DNA of 64,000 nucleotides from Pocillopora damicornis (Eukaryota): NCBI RefSeq assembly GCF_003704095.1, contig NW_020844911.1, positions 124,001 to 188,000 of the forward strand, read 5' to 3'. Shown piece by piece: positions 12,670 to 23,638 of this stretch (position 1 is its first letter; each line of letters starts with the position of its first letter). The notes under the pieces were generated by a model. It saw only the letters and a program-made list of their open reading frames with translations, ran no database searches and was not told where the DNA came from. The position numbers and the translations under genes were made by a program.

Positions 12670-14504
12670 CGGTAATTTCAACATAAACGAAATAAACTGC
12701 CTATTTTTATCTCTTAATTACGACACGCTTCGTGATTGGTTAACTTAGCGAGCCGCAAACTTCTCTAAAACTTTCGGAAACTTGTCCGTAATTTGTGCTC
12801 TTTGCCGAACGGGTAAATATTGGGCTCAAGGTCTGTATTCATGAACAAGAGCCAAATATTTTTTCCGTGCAGCCCGTCCTTACTCAGATGGCCACCAATT
12901 TATTCGTTTTTTTCGTAGCACGGTACCACATTTCGCGGGGCTGTGCATAAGGCCGTATAGCGTTGTCAGGTCCTGCTTGTGTCATCTCATACGGCCCTAT
13001 TAGAGGACTTTTTAAGATAATGATTAACCAAAAAAACGCGTGGGAGGGGGGGGGAGAGGGGAGAGGGGAGAGAAGTGAAAGGCATTTGTTCTACTTGACC
13101 CCTGTGAAAGGACCTCATAAAATGTAAGAAATGTTTTGGACTGATCACAATTGTCATAGTGCTGACGATCTATTAATTGTGTGCTTTTCTCGCATGTTTT
13201 GCAGTGAGACAATTAGAGTCTTCGATCAGGCATTCATCATCAAGAAGCGAAAAAGAAAGAGCTCACAGGAATTGAAATAGTTTCCTTTTAGCAAATGCAA
13301 CATTAAAGCAGATCTAGATCAAGAAGTAGCAGCTTGTTACGGAACGTTATTAACAGAATTGTGGCAATAAATGTTTGTAAAATGTATGACTAGGTGAAAT
13401 AAATTCGTATTGAATGTTGAAGTGATGTTTGGGCTTCATTTTTAACAAATTTATTCATTTTCACATGCACTCTAAAGCAAAGTGTGTGACGACGAGGGAA
13501 GACTCAGAACGAGAAAAGATACAGAAAGGGGACCCTGGGAGCGAAGTTTTTCTCATCCCTGGCTCTTAGTGATTCTCCCAGCGGTTCGACTTCCGGGCTT
13601 CAAGTATGATTTATCGGATCGTCACACAATTGAGACATGGCCTTGATGGCAGCGCTCAAGGAAAGAAGAATCACCTTCCAATGAAAAATTTCATAAGCTT
13701 TAACAGCCTCTTCTACAGTCGAATAGAAAGACACCATAGGCGACAAGTTTGTTTCTCAAGGAGATTGTTTCTGAACAGACCTCGGCAAGTCGCTCAAATA
13801 CAAAACTGTTATTTTTGTGATAAAGATTCCTTAAATACTACGAACAGATCCTCCTTTTGGGCGAAGTCCGTCGCGGGAGTAAAAATATCTGTGAAAATAA
13901 ATAGATGTGTGTAAGCCGCGAGGAATCCTGGGAGTAACTTTTCGTGCGCCACACTCCCAAAGTTCCGTGCGGTGCGCTAAAACTTTTTCATTTGTTATTT
14001 TATTTACTCGCGCGACGGACATCTCCGGAAAGCAAGGGCTGCTTGTTATCGAGTCCCTGCATAGGGCCCAAAATAAGGTGCGTTTATAAAACATCAAAAG
14101 AATAACTACTTGGATAAAACGTTTGCTTTATTGTACAAACAATATTTCGCTTTTAATTTACATACCTTACCTCAAAATATCTGAATTCGTTTGAAGCCTT
14201 CTTCTTGATCTACCTCCTTAGGTATGCATTTTTCGAAAATTCCTCTTACGGAGCTATAAATGTATAGCGAGCTTTTCCAAAGATCTCGTCTAAAAATTGA
14301 GTTATTTAGTTGCCATAACAGCAAAATTTCAAAAAAGTAATGAAACACGATATTTTGATTAAATTTTTGGCGACCACAATAGGTCGTAAAATTTGAATTG
14401 AAATGATTTCCTATCTTTTTCGAATAAAATCAATTGCGTGATTTTGTGTCACGTGGACTGTCACGCAGGGTGTCACGCTAAATCGCGAACCCGAGAGAAC
14501 ACCT

Positions 14505-16510
14505 CTAAAACTCATCGTGGTACATCATTTTAGGCCCACTGAACTCGTCATGAGAGATGGAGCCGTCTTCGTCAGAGTCCTCGTGATCGAAAATGTTGGC
14601 TACAACAGTCTTGTGGTGTTTCTTCCATTTCTTGTCATGTACCGGCATGCCATGTGCAGCAGCTTGTGCCTTCATGTACGCGGACACCTCTTTCTTGGAC
14701 AGCTTCTTGTCACCGTTGGTGTCAATGTGTGAGAACATGTCTGCTTGGGGAGGAGGTTGTCGGATATCAAACATTTCTAGCTCGTATGTGAGCGTGGTGT
14801 TTCCTGAAGAAAGAAAATTGTCATTGAACATTTTCAACAAAGCTATGGCCAAAACTATCAGCAAATAGAACCATTAGCTAATGATGTCATCCACACGTGG
14901 GCCGACTTATCTCTTTCTCAGGTCTTGTAATCCTTTTGAAAAGAGAACAAACTGGAAACGAGACACTTGATATCGTTTATCCTTTTTTCAAGTTGCGTAA
15001 AGCCTCTGTATCAAAACAAGGCCATATCAAATATGATTTTGACTCAAGACCATGTCCCTACGACTCTTTACAAAGACGAAGCTGAGGTTAGAAAAAATTT
15101 AGCCTGGAAACGAAATTGTTCGATCTCTTCTGCGTAAGATGTGACAAGCTCGCAAATCTTCTTTCGCTTATTTGTTCTTCTGTGAAATTCATTTTGTGTC
15201 CGTTCTGCTGTGGACTTCAAAAAGTTTAGATCCTCAGTAGCAGTCTCTCGATATCAGCCAGGGCCAGTAAAAGGTCTGATTTACCAAGAAAATAGTAAAA
15301 AACACTCTCCTTTTACGGTTCAAAGCATTAACTGTTTTGTCTACACGTCCCATTAATCATTTACTTAACAGGTAATAATTGACCAGTGAAAAGACGCTTC
15401 GTGTTTTTAAACTCGTTTCATAAATAATTTGTTTTAAAGTAAAACAAAAACCTCTTTTTGTGTCGACAATTAGACAAATGACTTATAGTTTTAAACCAGT
15501 CATTACCAAATGTTCTTAGGTATCCTATAAAAGATCTTTATTGGAAAGTGAAAACTATGATAAAAATTTTTAGGATCAGATTTGAGCAACGAATTCATGT
15601 AGCTTGCTGTTATTTTGGACTTAAAACGTAGTAAAGTGTTTCGATGATCACATGAAAAGTGAAAAGCACCTCAGCCAGCTGAAAATGATAAGAGTGAATT
15701 ATCTAAGCAAAGCTCATTACAGGATTGTCTCAAGAAAATTAGTTTACATAAACAAAAAAATGTTCAAAAGTCAAAACAAATCATGCAAAGAGACATTTTT
15801 CGGGAGCACGAGGAATAAACAAATTCTGTCTCACCTGGAATCGCTCCTGCTCCCTTCTTTCCATAACCAAGCGAGGGTGGAATGACAATTTTACGCTTCT
15901 GTCCTTTGCACATGTTTAACACTCCTTGTTCAAAGCCCTTGATTACCGTTCCTGTTCCTAGCATGAACTCAAATGGCATGTACGCCTTGCTTGGCTCGAC
16001 TGTTGTGTCAAACAATTTGCCATCATCCAGCCAGCCGGAGTAGTGAATCACCACAAGATCGCCAGATTTGGATTTGTTTTTGCAGTCCTCTGGAGTGAAG
16101 AGATCATGAATTTCGATTTTGGCGTTTGGATCCACCTCTTCCTCTTCTTCATGCTCCTCATCTTCTTCTTCGTCGTCTTCGTCATCATGTTCTTCATCAT
16201 CGTGGTCTTCATCATCGTCCTTCGTCTCATCGTGTCCTTCATTCTTCTTTGTCCCTCCATGGACTTTCTCATTGGCAATATCCTTCTTCTCCGTTGCCAA
16301 TCCATCCGAAGCTTTCCTCTCCTTTGCTGACTCATCTTTCTCATCTTGGACTACCTCAACTTTCGCATCATCTTCGTCCTCTTTACCTCTCTTTTTCATC
16401 GACAGTTTAGCGCCTGGCTCACCAGAATTTTTGTCCGAGTTTTGATCATTTGTTGCAAGGCAAACAGCCAAAACACAAAAAAATAACGCAACGACGAGAG
16501 TTCTGTCCAT
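14505..16510 (-). CDS. ER-luminal FKBP-type peptidyl-prolyl isomerase with EF-hands (FKBP7/FKBP14-like) and an acidic N-terminal extension; exons 16510-15835, 14803-14505
   Basis: Signal peptide MDRTLVVALFFCVLAVCLA; FKBP domain (SGDLVVIHYSGWLDDGKLFD...VIKGFEQGVLNMCKGQKRKIVIPPSLGYG..GAIPG|NTTLTYELE); EF-hands DTNGDKKLSKKE and DSDEDGSISHDE; C-terminal HDEF retention-like signal. Confidence 0.9.
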
Positions 16511-17663
16511 GACTGCCGGCAAAGTTACGCTAAATGAACAAAAACAAGCTTGCAGTGATATCAACCTGCTGATATCTACTGATATCTACTGGCCTGATGA
16601 CGTAACAGGTGGTATTTTCAGGACCACAGGTGTATCCTGCTCAATAACTGAAACAGCTTTATTACCACGATGGACCAAAACATGAAAATTAGACAAAAAA
16701 AATTCGATAAGTCCGTAAGAGATAATACAACTTAAATCCTCCCACACGTTTTCCGGAGCCCGAGGGGAAGAACAACTTGCCCTAAAACGCTTTTTTCTTG
16801 CGCAAATTTTGTGAAGCCTTAATTCTTTCCATGTTGTCTCCTCTGCAGGTGTCAAAAGCAATTGAAGATTATAATCTTAGCTTGCTTCGATTTTTTCCTG
16901 GCGGGTACCAAAGCCATTTTGGAAATAAAATTTCTTTCGTCACTCTGTTATCAAAATGGGATTATTCCTTCTTACATATGCCACGGACGATACACATACT
17001 CAAATATTGAAAAGCACCCTCGGTTGGTCAAAGATTGCATTTGTCAATCAGTAGGGATTTTTTTAAGTTAATTCTGTGTCTTATTTCTTTGAATTCTCTG
17101 GCTTAGAACCGACTGACTATTTTCAAATAATTAATTTACTGTGATATTATAATGAGACCCTATTAATTCGACGCTTTCTTGTGTAAGTTAATTATAAGTT
17201 AATTTCATAATTTCACCAATCGATAGTCTTCACCTATACCTTTTGATCAATACGTCATTTTAATCCCTTTAACGAATGAAAGTTTTAAAATAATGAGAAG
17301 TGAAAAAATAGGTGAAAAAACCATTGAAATGAACCCAAAAATGTTATAATTAGGACACAGAGCGAAGAGACGCGAACGTAAAAGGAAAGATAACACTCCG
17401 AGAAAGGGTGAAAGTTATCTGAAAAAGTCATTTTCATTTTGAATCAAGTACTTTACTGACAAAAGCGCTCCTGCACTGCAGTTTTTTTTGCAAGTCACAT
17501 AATCCCAAAAGAGACACAACTTGCTAGAGGAGCTGAACTTTTTCAACCACCGGAAACATTGCCGCCATAACCATGCGACCAATGAAGAGCTGTCTTTGGT
17601 CAGTTCTGCCACAACTGTTCACAAAGCTGTGTAGTGGTATTTTCTGTCAAGTCAATCAGTACA

Positions 17664-20600
17664 TCAGCTGACCCACTCAGCGATTTCCAGAGGGTAGCTT
17701 GGCCCTCTTTCAGATGAAATAACAAGTTCCCTGAAGAATTTACCTGCAAATTTAAGAAAAAAAAAATAAGTGTAAGTACAGCAGTGTAGAGTGTCGACAG
17801 TCATCTGGGGTTGAATTGGTTTTCTCTTACGAAGCTCTGTGATTGGCCAAGAAAATTTAGGTCATCGCCAGGCCAATCTTAGCAATCAATCGCCACTTGG
17901 TCGCACGTGTTTTCCTGCGCTTATTTCCCCGCCACTTTCTGATTTGACTTATCACTGGCTCTTTTAATGCTTTTCTTTGATCTGATAGGCTGTTGTGATA
18001 ACTAAGGTGTTACTTTGTGACATTCAACGTCAATAGTGTAAGGGCCACAACTGAGTTATAATGTAATTCGTCAGAGCCTGAGAATGACGAAGGGCTGATG
18101 AAACGTCGGCTAACAAAATCAACTCAGTTGATAAAACGAAAATTGTCTCGAGTTAGGTCAAGGCGAACTAGAGACGTTTGGGTTCGAGGCCATAACGTTA
18201 CAAAGTACTGCGAGAGGGTAAGAAATGAGATGAAGAACAAGCACATTACCTTTGGTAACAGTTCCGTGAGTGGCAAGTGTAGATAACACTGCTGATGCAT
18301 TGACCCTGACTTCTGAGTCTGTAAAGCTGAGCTGCAAAGAAGTTTGTTAACATTAAAAAAAACAAAAACAAAAACAAGTCGTGTCGTAATCGATGTTTCA
18401 TTTCCTGACAGCAATTATTAGTTACCTTTCCCACTCCAATATTGACGATTCCCTCTCTGTCACACCTGTACGGATGACCCTTTTTGTACGCATCGATTGC
18501 AGCCGCAATGTTATCAGATGCAGTGCCTAAAATCAAACTATATAACGTCAGTGAAAACAAGTCTAAGAATAACTTCCAGTGGAATTTCAGAGCAGCTTGA
18601 ACAGAAATAAATTTACGTTGACCTGTGGATGAAAATCAATCAAAGAAATACTCCTCGTAGGCGAGCTGCAATTGTAGCAGTTGAAGTGAAAAAGCTTGAA
18701 AAAAAATCAGGCTTTAATTAGCTGGCACTACTAACAATTGAGCTACAAACCCACATGTTGGAGTTGGGAAAATTTTAGAGGGTTCTTTTTTCTCAACGAG
18801 GAATTTGATAACAACTTGTCACAAATCAATTCATTGAATTCTAAAATTCAAGAAAGACATTAAGACTTTATTATTTAGCAGAACATATCAGTAACTAAGT
18901 ATTTCAAAATGTTTCATTAAAGAGTAATGATTATTGAAATAAAGCATAAATCTACGATTTCCTCATTTTACCATATCATATCATTCATAGTTTTAAAATC
19001 AATATTTTTGTTTTTTAAGTTTTAAATGGCAAGTATTAGATTAGATTGTTTTGATAGTAATTTCCATGATGGCGAGATTTGCAGATACAAATTTATGCTT
19101 AGTTTTTAATTGTTAGGATTACTTGCCTTATTTCAGTTGTTTTAAAGTGCATTAGATCACATCAATATGTCTATTGTTCTATATAAGTATTAAATTATTA
19201 TTAATTATTATTTGACCTGGTGATGAAAACCTAACAAAGCAATGATCCTCACACGTGATCAGTGATTTTAGTTATTGCAGTGAAGAAGGAAATGCTCAAA
19301 CTGCAGTACATGACAATGTTCCTTCTCAGCAATAGTGAACAGTCTGTACAATGTGGATGATCATGTATTTGCAAGAAATTCCCCTGAATATCTTTCAAAA
19401 GCTTTCAAGTGATATAAGTTTTGCATTATAAACATAATTGCCTAGAAGTACATTTACATCTGCGCATGCATTTTTGGGGCTGGTTTCCATACCTCTGCGA
19501 GTAGTTGGCATCTTCTCTCTAAGAATTTTTTGCAAGGGTTTCATTTTGTTCAAAAATTCCAGTGTGCATAAACATTGATCAAAGTCTGTCACCTCTCCAT
19601 CAGCAACCTTCAGTAAAACAGAGCAAAACAAAACAAAACAAATTACAACTAAAAGTGAAACTTGATGGCTTTTCTGTCTACTAACCCCTTACATTCTCTT
19701 AAAATTTCCTGTAGTACTGATGAGGAGAATTTGTTTGATGATCAGGGGCCTCTTAAATTGGTGATCATTTCCTTTATTCTCATTTCTCACATTCTCATGA
19801 AAGGTTAAAACTGATGGAAAGCACTATGTTTGCTATTTACTTGAAGACATTAAATTGATTTTTTAAATTGAGCTTGGGAGTAAATGGAGTGGAAACCTGC
19901 GGTTTGTTTGGCTACAAAATGCACAGGAAGTTTGGAACAAGGAACAGGAACCACTACAACCAAGTCGAATTGTCCATTTTGAGAGGGACTTCATCTTTTA
20001 GAAGAATCCATTAGGAGAGTAAACAAATATATTTCCTTCATCACCGATGCATTACCTGTTGAATAAGCTCCTCTTCACCGACAAAATTTCCACCAGCTCT
20101 TCTCGCAGCCTCAGCAGCTTCTCCCTGAGACACAAAAACACCGGCACAGTTAACAACAGTGTAATGTAATCAGCTTTATAGGCGTGTCAAGAAATGTGAG
20201 TATTGGCTCCCACTAACACTTAAACTCCCAGAAGTGATGAACATGTCACTTCTCCCTAAAATATCCATCTGTCATCTAACAAACAGTTAATGACAATAGC
20301 AAACAATTAATGACGATAGCAAACAGTTAACCCTTTAACTCCCAAGATCTCATCACTGTTTCTCCTTACTGTCTGCTATACAATTCTTATGATGTTAGTT
20401 TGGAGAATTTGTTACTGGATCAACTTATAATCTCCTAATTGATATTTTCCTATATTCTCATCACTTGTCTGCTTGATATTGTATTGATATTGTAAGGAGA
20501 AATTCTGTCTTGGTCACTCATGGGAATTAAGGAATTAATCAGAGTACTTAAACTTATTACAGTCGAACCTCGATTATACGGACTCCGTGGGACTAGGGTA

Positions 20601-22052
20601 AATAGTCCGGATAATTGAGAGTCCGGATAATCGAAAATATGAATATTAATAAGACAATTGGGTTATGATCGTCTCGTGTGTTTACATAACCCACGCTCAT
20701 CGAACTGATCAAGCATGACATTCCCTTAGCAACAAAACAATGCTGAACCAATCAAAATTCAGCTGAACGCATTGATCTTTTTCCTGACTTTTAACATAAT
20801 TTCTGAATTTTTTTACCTCTTAAAGTTTTTAACATCTAAGGTCATTAATATTCATGAAAAAAACAGGACCAGAGAAAAAGTCTGGATAATCGAAAAGTCC
20901 GGATAATCAATGTCCGGATAATCGAGGTTCGACTGTAGGTGGAAGTCGGTTATCTTGATCTAATGCTACATTCTCTTTCACAACTAATTTACAAGGAAAA
21001 GTGTATTCAGTTAGTAAAGAAAAATCAGACATTTGAAGTTAGAGAACTAGCAGCATTTTTTAAAGTTAAAATTTCAAGAACTATGTTTGACTTTTTCACT
21101 CTCAAGATTCTCCTTACCGTCTCTCACATGATTCTTATAATTTTAGCACAGAATATTTAGTATTTGGATCCAGAATCTCCTAATTGATAATTTTCTTTAT
21201 TCCCATTTCTTGTCTACTTAATATTGTAAGGAGAAACTCTGTCTTGGTCACTCATGGGAGTTAAAGGTTAACTGTTATGAGAAATAAAACAACATTTTAA
21301 AGAACATGGATCATTTTTCTGTTTGTCAGGTTGGTGAGACTGAAGAATTAGTGACTTAAAGGTTTAAAGGTCTCCCTAATCCTAGGTGGATAGGACATTT
21401 CTTTGATCCAAGTATGTCCCTATGTTCTTTTCCATTGATCAGCAACTCTTGAAGCTGTAGCTAGTGTAACTCTACTTCACCCTTCTAAAATAGATTCTTA
21501 CCCTAGCAAAAACAAGAACCTTTCTTTCGACTCCATATGGTTTGGGAAGCAGCATAAGACCGTGAAAAGGATTAATCTTTTGTTTCTGAAAAAAAAAGGA
21601 AACAAGGTTCTCACTTTCATCATACGTATGCTAGCTACGTCTTTGTTCAGCAGTACTACAAAGCCAATCTTACACAATTATTCCATGGGCGCACATGGAA
21701 TAGGATTTATTTCCTTTCGTTTTTTTTTTATAACTGTTACATGAAATAGAAACACATCTTAAAAGACACTTGCCGTTTTTTCTCCCATGTCAACCCTGAC
21801 ATACAACTCCACAATTTGATCGGTGATTCCATCCAATGAAATGTTGTACGCACGAAGTGCACCCATTGCTTCGGTAAATATCTGTTTGGGTGGTTCTCGA
21901 TAACTAATGGCGTAAACATTATCATAACGCTTGAGATTTACTTTTGGCTCTCTTCTCCTCCTTCTTGATGCAAAATTCCGTGAGAAAATAAAAATCTGAC
22001 GCGATTTTGAAGCTAATCTGAGGCAACCCATAACACCAACCGGGGCCGCCAT
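17664..22052 (-). CDS. MRPL1: Mitochondrial ribosomal protein uL1m; exons 22052-21774, 21585-21502, 20124-20056, 19607-19493, 18526-18426, 18331-18250, 17743-17664
   Basis: Arg-rich transit peptide. L1 motifs LLPKPYG..RKVLVFA|RGEAAEAARRAGGNFVGEEELIQQ|V..GE..DFD, KMPTTRRGT, NIGVGKLSF and VISSERGP. Splice phases are consistent if a GC donor is used in intron 1. Confidence 0.85.
20560..20935. mobile_element. Tc1/mariner (pogo/Tigger-like) MITE
   Basis: TIR CAGTCGAACCTCGATTAT(a/c)CGGAC at both ends, TA at 20558-9 and 20936-7, subterminal ccggataat repeats. Confidence 0.85.
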
Positions 22053-22159
22053 TCTTCTGATAATCTCCTTGTCAGCGGTATGGTCACCAAATTGCATAGG
22101 TCTGTGGTGTATATGTGGGATATTAAGTGTATCGACAGTTATGGTGCCGTTCCTTACTG

Positions 22160-22233
22160 AACGACACTTTTTAAAAACGTGTTTCGACAGTTCATCTGTC
22201 ATCTTCAGTTCTGAATAATACAAAGTACAAAGT
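22160..22233 (-). ncRNA. Hammerhead-ribozyme-like motif, family 2 (left arm of a 70-bp inverted repeat pair)
   Basis: Minus strand reads CUGAAGA-U-GACAG(AUGAA)CUGUC-GAAA-CAC..GUG-UC: conserved core, 5-bp stem II, stem III and a GUC triplet at 22165-22163. Stem I is imperfect. Confidence 0.6.
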
Positions 22234-22254
22234 CGCATTTTAAGTCTGTAACAG

Positions 22255-22270
22255 CCTCTCACATTTTCAT

Positions 22271-22319
<49 letters not shown>

Positions 22320-22528
22320 TATAACAGGTAATTTAGTGTTAATAACTGAATTGAAAATGTAAATTGGCCACCATAAAGAGTAAAAAGGCTGAAGTTTCGA
22401 GCGTTAGCCCTTCGTCAGAGAGATAGACGAAGGGCTAACGCTCGAAACGTCAGCCTTTTACTCTTTACGGTGACAAAATTTACGTTTTCAGCTCAGTTGT
22501 TAACACTAAATTACCTCTTACATTTTCA
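22255..22528. mobile_element. Family-1 palindromic HHR/Penelope-like insertion with a 15-bp target-site duplication
   Basis: Minus arm ctCTGACGAagggctaacgctcGAAActtc; plus arm agacgaagggctaacgctcgaaacgtc. Flanked by cctctcacattttca (22255-69) and cctcttacattttca (22514-28). Confidence 0.8.
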
Positions 22529-22754
22529 GACATCTTCATAATTCTCCACAATATCGCACTCTTTGTTCTGATAAGTGTTTTAACATCTTAGATCACGCTT
22601 CCACAACTTTTTAACTTTAAATCAAAGAAGCTATCCACATTAAATGGGAGAAACCTACACTTAATGACCAACTTTATCATGTTAATTTAAAACTTTATTT
22701 GTAAATGCATACATTGTTCTGATATTATTGTTTGTTTAGTCCAAGCAGCATTCA

Positions 22755-22828
22755 ACTTTGTGCTTTGTATTATTCAGATCTGAAGATGACAGAAGAACTG
22801 TCGAAACATATTTTTAAAAAGTGTCGTT
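22755..22828 (+). ncRNA. Hammerhead-ribozyme-like motif, family 2 (right arm)
   Basis: CTGAAGA (22780-86) T GACAG-aagaa-CTGTC GAAA cat...gtGTC (22823-25); reverse complement of 22160-22233 with a few substitutions. Confidence 0.6.
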
Positions 22829-23638
22829 ACATATCTGGTTCTATCTTACTTCAGGTGCTTTGCTTTGGTTCACTATATGTACCAAAGCAAGAGATTATAT
22901 AAAAATTTCAAATCACATTTTGCCTGGCATCATAGATCATTGTGTAAACGTTATCAAAATCTTTTTCATATTAAATTTTAACTGTTGCTCGTCGGGTACC
23001 TGGCCAAAATAAACCAACACGAGCAACACAAAACACACACGGTACAATTCTATTGAAACACATTTAAGTTAAAAAATGGTACTAAGAGATTTGCGGTGTA
23101 AAGGTAATTGGCGTGGTAACAGTCAAAGAAATTTAAATTGAAAAATAGTGTTTAAAGGAAATGCGGTTTAAAGGCAATTGTGTGATAAGAATTAGGTTTA
23201 ACAAGAGCAAACAGTTCGTTGTTGGAGAGAAAGACCCTAGGTAACGCCAGGAGCCCATGGACTCTTAGTTACGCTTATTTTCCGTAAATTAACTAGTTAG
23301 TATTCAATTCACACGACCGAAATAACATCTTACAAGTTGTGAAACCATAGTTAGCTACAATAAAAGTGTTATTAGCTTTAAAAATATAGTAGCAAAAACA
23401 CGCTTGGTTATTGTACTAAATTCTGGAAATTTCAGGAAGAAATATTGAAAAATTTGCATCAGGTCGAGTGAGCTAAGGTCAGAAGTACCTCTGTAAAAGG
23501 TCAGGTTGTATTTTAAACCAAATCGGTATCGGCATATGNNNNNNNNNNNNNNNNNNNNNNNNNNNNNNNNNNNNNNNNNNNNNNNNNNNNNNNNNNNNNN
23601 NNNNNNNNNNNNNNNNNNNNNNNNNNNNNNNNNNNNNN

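Noticed and set aside
16043-16445. Several overlapping Ser-, His- or Met-rich ORFs
   Set aside because: Alternative-frame and antisense shadows of the low-complexity acidic FKBP exon
22053-22262. Upstream in-frame extension of the MRPL1 ORF
   Set aside because: It runs through the HHR inverted repeat; MAAP at 22052 followed by a transit peptide is the plausible start
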